From: Patescibacteria group bacterium
Lineage (GTDB): Bacteria; Patescibacteriota; Microgenomatia; UBA1400; PJMF01
Direction: 5' to 3'
DNA length: 64,000 nucleotides
NCBI GenBank assembly: GCA_049322575.1
Contig: JBMORQ010000027.1
Span: 87,081-151,080, forward strand
The notes beneath the pieces were generated by a model that made no database searches, was not told where the DNA came from, and saw only the letters and a program-made list of their open reading frames with translations. A program made the position numbers and the translations under genes. Position 1 is the stretch's first letter. Each line of letters begins with the position of its first letter. Below, piece after piece: positions 40,461-50,080 of the stretch.

Positions 40461-40904
40461 CTATTCGTCAGAGACTTGACCATTGTTATCCTGATGTTTG
40501 GTATTTTGTTCAACGTTCACCAAAATCTTGCCCAGAACACCGTTAACAAACTTAGGCGACGATTCTGTGCCAAACTCCTTGGCTAGCTCAACTGCCTCGT
40601 TGATCAATACCTTGATCGGTGTTTTCTTATGTTTTGATTCAAACATGACCAAACGTAGGATCGCAAGATCCACTTTGTTGATCTCGGATAAAGGTCGCTC
40701 GGTGGCCACCTCCTGAATTTGGCGATCTAACTCCTCAGTCTCGGTGAAAATCTCCTCGACTTCCTTGGTAATCTCTGGGTCGGTGACATACTGCTCACCT
40801 TGATTGGTGAAATCTCGAGAGAAAACCGCCTGCATCAGTTCGATGCGACGCTGATGGCGAGGATCTTCTGCTTGAGGCGACTGTGGTTGATTGTTGTCCG
40901 TCAT
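40461..40904 (-). CDS. nusB: Transcription antitermination factor NusB
   Basis: VDLAILRL, INEAVELAKEFG...KFVNGVLG. Confidence 0.93.
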   Translation of the reverse strand: MTDNNQPQSPQAEDPRHQRRIELMQAVFSRDFTNQGEQYVTDPEITKEVEEIFTETEELDRQIQEVATERPLSEINKVDLAILRLVMFESKHKKTPIKVLINEAVELAKEFGTESSPKFVNGVLGKILVNVEQNTKHQDNNGQVSDE

Positions 40905-41107
40905 ATTTTATAGATAATTAACTAGGCCGTTACTTTTAACTGTCTATCAATTTTGCTCAGTGATTTACCTAGCGTCCCATACATACGAAATAAGTGTTGT
41001 TAGCCTAAAACAGATTACTCAAGCTGACAAGGGGAACAAAGGACTTGTATACCAACTAAAACAACTTGTCGTAAAAAGACCTTTAAAAGCTCACGTCAAA
41101 GATGAAA

Positions 41108-41284
41108 TTATTTCTTCTCGGCTTTGATCTCTAAACCCACAGCCTTCAGGATGGTGCTGACCAAACCCTTTTTATGGTTTGGAACGACCGAAATCTTGGC
41201 GTCTTTCTTAATGCTTGGCAAATTGCCCTTGCGACGCTTGCCACGCTCAACGCTGGTGATTTTATTTTTTGGTAGTGCTGACAT
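41108..41284 (-). CDS. rpmF: Divergent 50S ribosomal protein L32 (Cys-free), 58 aa
   Basis: MSALPKNKITSVERGKRRKGN... matches the L32 N-terminus; upstream of nusB-rnc; missing from the ORF track. Confidence 0.7.
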   Translation of the reverse strand: MSALPKNKITSVERGKRRKGNLPSIKKDAKISVVPNHKKGLVSTILKAVGLEIKAEKK

Positions 41285-41294
41285 ATTTGTTGGC

Positions 41295-41383
41295 TTGAGT
41301 CGGAGTTTTTGTTGGACTTTGTGGAACGACGATAGGCAACTGCCCTGATATCGATCCCTACCTCAACAAAAAGCCAGACCCAA
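41295..41383 (-). promoter_or_regulatory. Long irregular RNA hairpin in the rpmF-nusB-rnc 5' leader
   Basis: TTGGGTC:GACTCAA, TTTTTGTTG:CAACAAAAA, GGGAT:GTTCC, CGATA:TATCG, GGC:GCC; TATAAT at 41460-41465 on the - strand. Confidence 0.6.
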
Positions 41384-41542
41384 ACACTTCCTTCTCACGC
41401 TACTTACTAATTTTTATCTTGCCCTTGCTGGTCTTTAATTACTAACAAAGACGCCGACTATTATACACGGATATTGAGCAGATTGAGGGGGGAATGCGGA
41501 GTGGAATGCGAGGCTAGCACTTGTGAGACCAATTTACTGAAC

Positions 41543-41627
41543 TTGAGAGCAAGAACGGGGAAGGTAATACAGAGGTAAATTGAGAGCAAGAACGGGGAAG
41601 GTAATACAGAGGTAAATTGAGAGCAAG
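41543..41627 (+). repeat. 37-bp tandem direct repeat (2.3 copies)
   Basis: TTGAGAGCAAGAACGGGGAAGGTAATACAGAGGTAAA x2 plus TTGAGAGCAAG. Confidence 0.92.
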
Positions 41628-41899
41628 CTCATAATTAATGCATCTATGCTGAGAACACTTATGACACTCGTATGTATAGTTGATTTTATTGAGATATGAT
41701 ACTATTAACCAGTCTTATAAAGACATCATATACTAGCTTGCGGCCAAGGTCATATCTGGCGGTAAGTTTAAAATTGCTAAGTCAATCAGGCTGAGTTCTC
41801 TCTTGAACTTTGTCGCTAACAGCCTGGTGGTATGTAAGTGGTGTGTATATGAATGTCTTATAAGAGTGAGTATAATGACGTTGCCTTCGAAACAAGTGG

Positions 41900-43984
41900 G
41901 TGAAAGTGTATTCTATGAACAGTGAGATTCAAAAAAAAGAAGCATTGAAACAAAGGCTCGAGTCCATCTCCGAGCAACTTGACCTTAAATACCAGCCCCT
42001 TGAACAATTCATTGCCCAGCTTGATAGCGAAAGCAGAATTCCTCTTGCGATCGGCATACAACTTGCAAAATCATTCGAATCAGCTCTTGCCCTACTTAAC
42101 CCTGAAGATATTAAACTCATTGCACAAGTAGTTGATAAGGCTTTCTCAGTTTCAAGAAAAATAGAGGATATTCAACTCTTCTTGCAAACCCTAGAAATGC
42201 CTAGATTGAATACTGCCAAGGCAATTGCCAGTTTGATCCTGTTGGTTTCATTCTTAAGCGGCTGTTTGAGCCCTGGCGCTTCGGCTCAGGAAAACCCAAC
42301 CAACACCAACGGGCCAAGAGTTACTGAGACAGCACAAGTGCAGATGCCAACTGAAACTAACGTGGATCCAACTGGTACAAATAGCGATCCAACCGCTGAC
42401 AACCCGACTGTACCGGTGAGCCCGGAGGCAGCGGCGACTGGTACAAACTCACCCACTGAGACAGCCTCCCCCACATTTACAGTAGCTCCAATAGAGGTCG
42501 GTCCTCTTCCAACCGAGGTAACAGGTCCGGAAAACCTATCTGTAGCTAGACTTGCTGTCACATATACAGGACTATCAAATCTATGGGGTGGAAATAAAGA
42601 GGCTCTTGAGAAGGAAAAATTATCAATATGTCTTCCCATTTATAAGGAAGTGGCCTTGGAAATTAAGGGAAGCGAATACATTAACAACTATTACATTACG
42701 GATTGCAGGGGCGACGGTGCTCCCATGTTTGTAAATAGTGAAGGTCAAGAGATTGATGCTAAAAGTTATTTTGCTCTCTACCATGACATAGACATCAGCA
42801 AAGTTGGCAATATCATTCCCGTAACCGATATCAATCAGATTAATCTTGGCATAGATGATAGACTAACAGTTTTTCTTACTAATTCAGAACCAGTTACTTA
42901 TAGAGGCATCGACGGTATTGGAAATCCTCTCAGACTCGTACCAAATCGCGGAAAAGATGCTGGAACAATCCCTGAATTTTATATTGTTGATGCATTAGTT
43001 AGAGTCGATGGCATAGCTGCAGATGGCTCTATCTTTCGAACTGATCTTCTTCGCTGCCAATATGACGCAACCCGCAACGTAGCCCCAGTTGTAGTCGTAA
43101 TTGACGGACAAAACCGTTTTGGGAAAATTGATCAGTCAACGGGTGAAATCACTGCTTATTACGCAAACGGTGTGTGGGTTGACATCGCATACGAGGATAC
43201 TGAACCAACACAGGTAGCTGCTGTGCCAACGCAAACTAAAATATCAGCAACTGAAACTTCAGGTGCAATGCATATTGATATGGCAACAGCTGGCAATATG
43301 ACCACACTAACTTGGGGGGAGGGGTTAAACCTTAACATGCAAACTCTTCCTGGAGTTGAGATTGGACCTGGACCAAAAGCTAACATGCAACCCATAAAAG
43401 GTCATGAAGGACTTTATTCCGTTTGGGGAAATTATGGAAAAGAGTTTCACTTTACAAAAGACCCATTAACATTTAACTACGTTGACGAACAAGGAAGAAA
43501 TATCACAGCTATAATTTTTGAACTAGCGGAAACAACATTTAAAGATATTGATAAAAAATCTCAAGAATCATATGTTTCTACTCAGTTACTTGCTTATGAT
43601 GAAGATGGATATGTTACAAGATTAATTCTTTTAGCACAGGGAATAGATTTAGATAATTATCCTGCCGTTAATAATTTAACTTCAAAAGAAGAAAGAATGA
43701 AAGCTATTAATGGACTAATAAAATCGCTTAGTTCAATAAACTATTCTACAAGCACTAGGAGAACGGGGTTGGGAGAAGACTTCGAATACCACCCCAATGA
43801 TCCAGAACGTTTCATGGAATTTGTTGTTAGCAACAGTAAAATTCAGAAGGCAATCACCAACATACTGACTTCTGGAGCCGGTGGTTTGGGAGATAATAAT
43901 CTAGAACTAATCAAACAAGCTATTGAAGCAGGAATACTTATCCCGAGCAATGAGTTGGAAGGCCAAGTCTTGAATATAAAATAA
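41900..43984 (+). CDS. Orphan membrane-anchored surface protein
   Basis: About 100-aa N-terminal domain, TM with lipobox-like LSGC, T/P-rich linker, two further domains. Confidence 0.75.
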   Translation: MKVYSMNSEIQKKEALKQRLESISEQLDLKYQPLEQFIAQLDSESRIPLAIGIQLAKSFESALALLNPEDIKLIAQVVDKAFSVSRKIEDIQLFLQTLEMPRLNTAKAIASLILLVSFLSGCLSPGASAQENPTNTNGPRVTETAQVQMPTETNVDPTGTNSDPTADNPTVPVSPEAAATGTNSPTETASPTFTVAPIEVGPLPTEVTGPENLSVARLAVTYTGLSNLWGGNKEALEKEKLSICLPIYKEVALEIKGSEYINNYYITDCRGDGAPMFVNSEGQEIDAKSYFALYHDIDISKVGNIIPVTDINQINLGIDDRLTVFLTNSEPVTYRGIDGIGNPLRLVPNRGKDAGTIPEFYIVDALVRVDGIAADGSIFRTDLLRCQYDATRNVAPVVVVIDGQNRFGKIDQSTGEITAYYANGVWVDIAYEDTEPTQVAAVPTQTKISATETSGAMHIDMATAGNMTTLTWGEGLNLNMQTLPGVEIGPGPKANMQPIKGHEGLYSVWGNYGKEFHFTKDPLTFNYVDEQGRNITAIIFELAETTFKDIDKKSQESYVSTQLLAYDEDGYVTRLILLAQGIDLDNYPAVNNLTSKEERMKAINGLIKSLSSINYSTSTRRTGLGEDFEYHPNDPERFMEFVVSNSKIQKAITNILTSGAGGLGDNNLELIKQAIEAGILIPSNELEGQVLNIK

Positions 43985-44059
43985 TGACGAATCTTAACAA
44001 CAAAGAGACACAGCAACTAGGTACTGGATTAAGAAATAAAAATATGCATAATTAATTGC

Positions 44060-44737
44060 ATGAATCGAACAAGGTTCTTCGTTGTAATATTGTTTGTCTC
44101 GTTATTGATTACTTCCTCTGTTGTCATTTTAAAAATTCTAAATAGACGAAGCACTGGTTACCCTCAAAAAAACCAGCAGTCTTTGGATTTCAGGTTATCT
44201 GATTACAATAAAAAAACTATTGTTGATCAGAGAGGTGATATTTTTATTTCAACAATAGCTTTTACCGGGATTGAAGAGCTAATGATGCCAGTAGATATTG
44301 GATCTGCGGAGATTCCAATCGTTTACAAAGGATATATTTCCTCTGGAGAAACAAAACGAGTAATTCAGATAGCAGCCGTTGTAAGAAGTAAGAGTGATTC
44401 CCAGAAACACTTCTACTGTGTTATTGGCATATCATGCACGGAAACAACCAGCTGGTCTAGCGCAGTTGATTCTAATATATTGAAACGTCTGTTCAAAATG
44501 GCGGCAAAGAACGATTCAACAAAACAGCTACCAGAATCAAGCGGATTATTACACCTTCAGTTGGGTATACCATCTAATCAATATACCGAGACTCAAACAA
44601 TAATACCCCTGTCACAATATTTATTAGAAATATATTCAAAAGATGATTTTAACAATTTCTATCAAAAACAGGATTATTCATATATCGAAAAACAGGGAAT
44701 AATAATCCCTATTTCTATAGCTTTTGAAAAGATTTAG
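44060..44737 (+). CDS. Orphan single-TM exported protein
   Basis: N-terminal hydrophobic anchor; AT-rich; abuts the next gene. Confidence 0.7.
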   Translation: MNRTRFFVVILFVSLLITSSVVILKILNRRSTGYPQKNQQSLDFRLSDYNKKTIVDQRGDIFISTIAFTGIEELMMPVDIGSAEIPIVYKGYISSGETKRVIQIAAVVRSKSDSQKHFYCVIGISCTETTSWSSAVDSNILKRLFKMAAKNDSTKQLPESSGLLHLQLGIPSNQYTETQTIIPLSQYLLEIYSKDDFNNFYQKQDYSYIEKQGIIIPISIAFEKI

Positions 44738-47509
44738 ATGAGAACAAAATATATTATTTTTTTGACTTTCCTATTTTTATATTTTTTCTGTTTTTACAAA
44801 GACGTAACTGCTGATGCAAGGTGTGGGATTGGTTCGTATTGTTCAGATAGCACCGGCGGTGAAGTAGTTACACAATGTTTTTGGAATGGTGCTTACTGTG
44901 AAAATTATAGATGGCACTGGGAGGCTGCAGATTGTAGCGGTAGCCCTACTTGCTATGATAGTGATTTTCCAAGCGGAGAATGTCCCGGATTACCTCCCTC
45001 AGGCACAAGTAAAGTCTATAGCTGTCCAATTGGAAATGGGGAAAATGATCATTTATGCGCAGGTTGTGACCCTTATGCTGTAGTAGACCTTGACGCACAA
45101 ACTCCAGAATCTAACTTCTGTACTGTTGGAGCTTATACCGATGTATGTAGTTGTCTTCCACAAAATGTCTCATGCGGTCCGCCCACAGGAAATGGCATGT
45201 GGTGCTGCCTCGCCGACGACGTCACCCCCACCCCCGGTGGTGGTGGCGGGCCAGGACCCACCACCCCTCCAGCTGCTCCCAACGATCCAATCGGTTATCA
45301 CGATGCCGTCAACTGTAACGGAGAGCAGATCTGGGGTTGGGCCTGTGACCCAGACAACTACAACGCGACTTTGCAGATCGACATTTACATAGACGGCAAT
45401 TATGTACCGCCAACCATCGCAAATCTCAATCGTCCAGACATTGCTGGTGTTTGTGGCGGTACCACTAACCACGGTTTCACTTACACCATCCCAGAGCAAT
45501 ACCGCGATGGTAACTGTCATTCGGTTCAGGCTTATGCACTCAACGCTTCTGGCACCCCAGGCAACAATTTTGGCTTAACTAACTCACCTAGAACTCTCTG
45601 CGGTTGTTATACCAACAAGAGTTGTACCATCAGCTTGTCTGGATCTAATCAGATAGTCTATAGTGGTTCACAAGTTGGCCCTGTTTTCCAGGTTGTTGCT
45701 TCTTCCGCCGAAACATATGACACATCGCATCTCTATATCATGCGTGATACCAACTCAGTGATCAGCCCAGCGCCGCTGTATTCAATAGATTCTGATCCAT
45801 ATCAAACCATGTCAACCGTTGTTGGTGGTTTGTACTACTATTACAACTCTCCTGTTTGTCACCCAAGTTTTGGCAATGCTTGCTCCTTTGGCGTCACTCT
45901 CAGCAGCCTGCCACCTGGCCGCTATGCCGCCTTTTGTGACGTCAGTGATAGTACAAACGGCAGCGACAGCTGTTCAGGTAATCCAAACTGTACCTTCAAC
46001 TCTTCAAGTTATCTCAGTCTCAGCTGTACCGGTTTCCGCGACTGTTCAAACAGTGACTGGACGACTTTTACCGTTGTCACACCATCTCCGAGTCCCACGC
46101 CAACTCCAACACCCAGTGCTTCGCCTACACCCAGCTCCACACCCACCCCAACTCCTACGCCGGCGATCCAAGGTTTCTTCTATGAGGAAACTGGCAGTAC
46201 TTTTATGGGTTCGGTTATTTGCTCAGATTTAAGTGGCATAACTCCTGCCCCGGTAGCACTTAGTAACTCAGTCGGTGGCATTTCAGCACATCGCACCAGT
46301 CCGGCAGGGGATTATGCTGGAGTGATTAGTAGTGATCGATTTAGCATCAATACTCCAGATAGTTCAGCTAACAACTATTCAGTTACTCTTGATCTCAATG
46401 GGCAAACTGATCCGTCCAACACCTGGGTCTGTTCTTGTCCACAAACTGTTGGCGGGGATCCTTTCGTTTGCCAATATCATGATGATATTCTCGGAATAGG
46501 TGGTAACCAGAAAAATGTGCCCTTTTTCTTAACAAACTACAACCTCAGCAACATCAGCTGGTGGCAAGTTGCTGGTGGCAACACTTATGCCCGTAATGTG
46601 ATTCGTTCACAAGTTCCATACGATATATGCAACCCAGAAAGTACTTGCTATGCCGGCCTGATGGCTGGTCTGCCTTGGAATAATAGCATTAGCAATACTG
46701 CTGGTTTCCCTCTGGTAGGCCAGGGTGGATCAATCATCACCAGCGATGACGGCACAAATTACATTCATGCGCCAGGATCAAGAAACCTAGCCGAACAGGG
46801 TAGAGGAATCGGCATTAGCTTGCCAAGAGAGGATTATGCTTATTTCTACGAACGGTTTGGTGCATCGGCTACACCATTAGGGGGTACTAATCCCAATAAA
46901 CCAGCCTCTGGTAGCTACATCACTAGTGGTTCAATTACTATCAACGAAACTAATTCTTGGTCTGTCTCCAGTGGCGAATCAATCGTTGTTTTCGTCAACG
47001 GCAACTTAACCATTGACTCCGCCTCAGCCGACACTAGGCTTACCCAAGTGGCCACGGGCGGTTATCTGGCATTTATCGTCGCCGGGAATATTACGATTGG
47101 TGATAGAGTTGGTTACTCAGATCCTCTGACTGATGCCACCCAACCAACCAATACCAATCTCGAGGGTGTGTTTATTGCCGACGGCACGATTACCGTTGCC
47201 AGTGATAACAATGCAACCACCATCGACAACAAATTTATTGCAGCTGGTACATTTGTAGGCTGGGGAGGTGTTAACCTTCAGCGTACTTATGAAGATGGCA
47301 GTTTAGGTGCGGCTAATAATAATCTGAGTCCGACCGAAACCTTTATTTTCCGCCCAGATCTGGTTGTCAACACTCCTGCATCAATGCGCTCGGCCCAATT
47401 CACCTGGCAAGAAATTAACCCCAGCTTTAACACCTTTGAGAGCCAGCCTCCTGTGGTCACCCCTACCGAGGAAGACCACATCGGTCCACCGGGCGGAAAT
47501 GTCATCTAG
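44738..47509 (+). CDS. Large Cys-rich secreted adhesin-like protein
   Basis: Signal peptide, Cys-rich N-domain, Ig-like IWGWACDPD domain, PT linker, beta-helix-like C-domain (VFVNGNLTI, FIVAGNITI, GVFIADG, WQEINP). Confidence 0.8.
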   Translation: MRTKYIIFLTFLFLYFFCFYKDVTADARCGIGSYCSDSTGGEVVTQCFWNGAYCENYRWHWEAADCSGSPTCYDSDFPSGECPGLPPSGTSKVYSCPIGNGENDHLCAGCDPYAVVDLDAQTPESNFCTVGAYTDVCSCLPQNVSCGPPTGNGMWCCLADDVTPTPGGGGGPGPTTPPAAPNDPIGYHDAVNCNGEQIWGWACDPDNYNATLQIDIYIDGNYVPPTIANLNRPDIAGVCGGTTNHGFTYTIPEQYRDGNCHSVQAYALNASGTPGNNFGLTNSPRTLCGCYTNKSCTISLSGSNQIVYSGSQVGPVFQVVASSAETYDTSHLYIMRDTNSVISPAPLYSIDSDPYQTMSTVVGGLYYYYNSPVCHPSFGNACSFGVTLSSLPPGRYAAFCDVSDSTNGSDSCSGNPNCTFNSSSYLSLSCTGFRDCSNSDWTTFTVVTPSPSPTPTPTPSASPTPSSTPTPTPTPAIQGFFYEETGSTFMGSVICSDLSGITPAPVALSNSVGGISAHRTSPAGDYAGVISSDRFSINTPDSSANNYSVTLDLNGQTDPSNTWVCSCPQTVGGDPFVCQYHDDILGIGGNQKNVPFFLTNYNLSNISWWQVAGGNTYARNVIRSQVPYDICNPESTCYAGLMAGLPWNNSISNTAGFPLVGQGGSIITSDDGTNYIHAPGSRNLAEQGRGIGISLPREDYAYFYERFGASATPLGGTNPNKPASGSYITSGSITINETNSWSVSSGESIVVFVNGNLTIDSASADTRLTQVATGGYLAFIVAGNITIGDRVGYSDPLTDATQPTNTNLEGVFIADGTITVASDNNATTIDNKFIAAGTFVGWGGVNLQRTYEDGSLGAANNNLSPTETFIFRPDLVVNTPASMRSAQFTWQEINPSFNTFESQPPVVTPTEEDHIGPPGGNVI

Positions 47510-47549
47510 CCTCGGCGCGTCGTATCGTTTGGCAAAAGTCAACTTAACC

Positions 47550-48116
47550 ATGATCCAACAACAAAAGCAAACCAATCTATCTCTGCATGGCCACCAAATA
47601 AAAACGGCGAATCAAGCGGGATTTACGGTGATTGAGCTCTTGATCGTTACTCTACTTTCAGTAATGTTGATGATGGCTGTGTCGACGGTTTTCATGACCT
47701 TCATGCTTAATAGCGCAAAACTGAGCATCGAACAATCAATCAAGGCCGAGGGTAGCCACACAGTTGACCAAATTGCCACAATTCTACGTAATGCCAGAAC
47801 CATAGAAAGCTGCACCACTGACATGGTCTCCGTAGTAGTTAGAGATGTTGACGACCAACAACTCCAGATCTACACAACTCCATCCTTGAACGGAGAACAT
47901 CGTATTGCTGTCCGTAACTTAACCACCAACACCACTAAGAATTTCACCTCAGCCGACAACACCATCACTCCAAGTTTGAGGTTTAACTGCTTTTCAGATG
48001 ACAACTCAACCTTTGTTAGCTATAGCTTTGGCCTGAAACGCGGCCCTGGTATAGAACCAGATCGCGATACCGCTATAATCAATTTTTCCGGCAGTGTCGA
48101 AATGAGAAATTTATAA
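47550..48116 (+). CDS. Minor pilin (PilW-like)
   Basis: AG|FTVIELLIV class III signal. Confidence 0.85.
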   Translation: MIQQQKQTNLSLHGHQIKTANQAGFTVIELLIVTLLSVMLMMAVSTVFMTFMLNSAKLSIEQSIKAEGSHTVDQIATILRNARTIESCTTDMVSVVVRDVDDQQLQIYTTPSLNGEHRIAVRNLTTNTTKNFTSADNTITPSLRFNCFSDDNSTFVSYSFGLKRGPGIEPDRDTAIINFSGSVEMRNL

Positions 48117-48134
48117 TGTCAGTTAGCAAGAAAC

Positions 48135-48641
48135 CTATTGCCACTTTTTAAATTGTTGAACAGCACTCACTTGGTGTTCGAGACTACCCTCACCAGGCCA
48201 GTAAACATTGACCTCTACTTCCAAATAATCAGCGCCTTTGGTCACCGTGGCCTCACGACTGAATGCAACTCCGGAGTTTGCAATGGTCAGGCCGTAACTT
48301 GAACACTCTCCCAGAGAATATTTGCTAAACCCATCAGCGTAATCCGGCAAAGTATTGAAACAATAGACTCCTGAGTTAAGTTGAAGGTAAAACTCATCCC
48401 AGCCAAGCAAAGCTTTTTCACGCCTGAAGACCTCTAGTAACTTCTGAGCTTGTTGAGTTGCCAGCTCTCGGTATTTCGACTCAGCGTTAGTCTTAACCGA
48501 ATAGCTCAAGGCAGCGGCAATCGCTGTTAGAGTTGCTCCAATGATGGCCGTAGCGATTAATATCTCAACTAGGGTCGAACCGAGCTGGGAGAAGCGAAGC
48601 GCCATGGTTTTCGTTGATTTATTTGATGTTTGTTGATTCAT
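48135..48641 (-). CDS. Minor pilin (PilV-like)
   Basis: LG|STLVEILIA; EVNVYW C-terminal motif. Confidence 0.82.
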   Translation of the reverse strand: MNQQTSNKSTKTMALRFSQLGSTLVEILIATAIIGATLTAIAAALSYSVKTNAESKYRELATQQAQKLLEVFRREKALLGWDEFYLQLNSGVYCFNTLPDYADGFSKYSLGECSSYGLTIANSGVAFSREATVTKGADYLEVEVNVYWPGEGSLEHQVSAVQQFKKWQ

Positions 48642-48669
48642 AACTTGATTTTACTGACTTTTGCCCAAA

Positions 48670-49182
48670 TTAGTTCCAAGACCCCTCTGTCATACTTCCA
48701 CCTCTATCGACCTGAAAACTATATGACAAACCGCTATAGGTGACAGTGATATCAGTGTTGACCGAGCCGGTTACGCCTCCGTCAAGCACAAGGAAACTGA
48801 GGGTTAGGTTTGTGGGATCAACACTGTAGCCATTCGTTGAAAACTCAACTATCTGAGTTGGACCATTTCCTCCGGTACAAACGGGTGTAATACATAGCTG
48901 TGCTTCACCGCAAGTTAAGGTGTTATGAACAACCTGGTAACTGGCTAATTGGCCGTTACAGCCGGAAGGAATCTCGCCGGCTCGTGCTTTGCTCTGTGCT
49001 AATAAAAAGCCTGTTTTAAGCTGCCGAACTGTCTCTAAAACGGTCTGACGGTTGTTAAAGCTCATGTAACTGGCCACACCAATTCCAACCATTAAAAGCA
49101 TGATCCCAACACTCACCAATAACTCAATTAATGTGAAACCTAAGGTATTTGTGCTCTGGCAGGCCTGGTGCTTTTTCTGCAT
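48670..49182 (-). CDS. Minor pilin (FimT/GspH-like)
   Basis: LG|FTLIELLV; LAQSKARAG. Confidence 0.85.
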   Translation of the reverse strand: MQKKHQACQSTNTLGFTLIELLVSVGIMLLMVGIGVASYMSFNNRQTVLETVRQLKTGFLLAQSKARAGEIPSGCNGQLASYQVVHNTLTCGEAQLCITPVCTGGNGPTQIVEFSTNGYSVDPTNLTLSFLVLDGGVTGSVNTDITVTYSGLSYSFQVDRGGSMTEGSWN

Positions 49183-49237
49183 CTACATTCATGATAAACG
49201 AAAAAACTTGAGTTGTCTTGACAACAATCAACTTGCT

Positions 49238-49630
49238 CTAGAGATTGGTCACACAATATTCTTCAGCGGTTGACTCCAAGGTAGCACAGACTGAGAAAGT
49301 GGTACCAGCAGATGAGTACTCATATACTCCGTCCTTAGGATCGGCAATATTTGTATCACTAAGGTAATCACGAATGTCTTCAAGCATGGAACTAAAGCTA
49401 CTTCCGACGGGATAACTACCTTGGTCAGCTCGGTACATCGTTAGAGCTTGACGTACTGATTCTAGGTCTGTCTTACGCTTGGCATCTCTGCTGGTGATGC
49501 CTGCATTGCGATAACTAACCATACCGACAGCCGTTAGCACGATCATGATCGTGGCCACGACCAACAATTCAATCATGGTGAAGCCTGCCTGGCGAGTGGT
49601 TATTCGATCTTTTAAGCTATTCTTTGACAT
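49238..49630 (-). CDS. Type IV pilin (GspG-like)
   Basis: AG|FTMIELLVV, SRDAKRKTDL...YP...DP; SD GAGG. Confidence 0.88.
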   Translation of the reverse strand: MSKNSLKDRITTRQAGFTMIELLVVATIMIVLTAVGMVSYRNAGITSRDAKRKTDLESVRQALTMYRADQGSYPVGSSFSSMLEDIRDYLSDTNIADPKDGVYEYSSAGTTFSVCATLESTAEEYCVTNL

Positions 49631-49640
49631 AAACACCTCT

Positions 49641-50063
49641 CTATTGCAGGCTCTGCAGACAGTAGTATGTACCAGAACCAAATGAGCAAGTACCATTGGC
49701 CTGAGGAACATTGTTAGCATTTCCTGCGGTCGTGTCCTCTAGCTCGGCGCAGACACAATATGAGTCGGAGTCAGCCACACAACCATATGTGCCGGTCTTT
49801 GGATCAACAGGCACCACATTGCCGGGGAAGTCACCTCCAGCATACATGGTGTCACAGGCTGCGTAACTGCCTTCGTGGGAGGCATAATACTGCTCAAAGC
49901 CATCTTGAATCGCCTTGATATCACCGCGTCGACGGGCATCCCGACCCTTGCGTTGGGCCGTAGAAAAAGCCACACTGCCAATAATAATCAAAATACCAAT
50001 AATCGAAATCACCACAAGTAACTCGAGTAAAGTGAAGCCTTTTTGACTGCGTTTTTTGATCAT
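49641..50063 (-). CDS. Type IV pilin (GspG-like)
   Basis: KG|FTLLELLVV, GRDARRRGDI, YCVCAELE. Confidence 0.88.
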   Translation of the reverse strand: MIKKRSQKGFTLLELLVVISIIGILIIIGSVAFSTAQRKGRDARRRGDIKAIQDGFEQYYASHEGSYAACDTMYAGGDFPGNVVPVDPKTGTYGCVADSDSYCVCAELEDTTAGNANNVPQANGTCSFGSGTYYCLQSLQ

Positions 50064-50080
50064 GGAACTCCTTTAAGGGC

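Noticed and set aside
41124-41348. 74-aa + strand ORF
   Set aside because: Antisense shadow of rpmF and its leader
41295-41453. SRP RNA or 6S RNA
   Set aside because: No SRP helix-8 motif and no clear terminator; it runs straight into rpmF, so it is treated as a leader
41543-41627. CRISPR array (37-bp unit)
   Set aside because: Units are head-to-tail with identical intervening sequence, so there are no unique spacers; no cas genes in the window
41900-47509. Polymorphic toxin-immunity pair or DGR target
   Set aside because: No recognisable toxin motif, reverse transcriptase or TR/VR repeat pair; the middle gene is exported rather than a typical cytoplasmic immunity protein
47364-47549. Long N-terminal extension of the PilW-like pilin in the ORF track
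   Set aside because: Overlaps the upstream gene; ATG 47550 gives a normal prepilin leader
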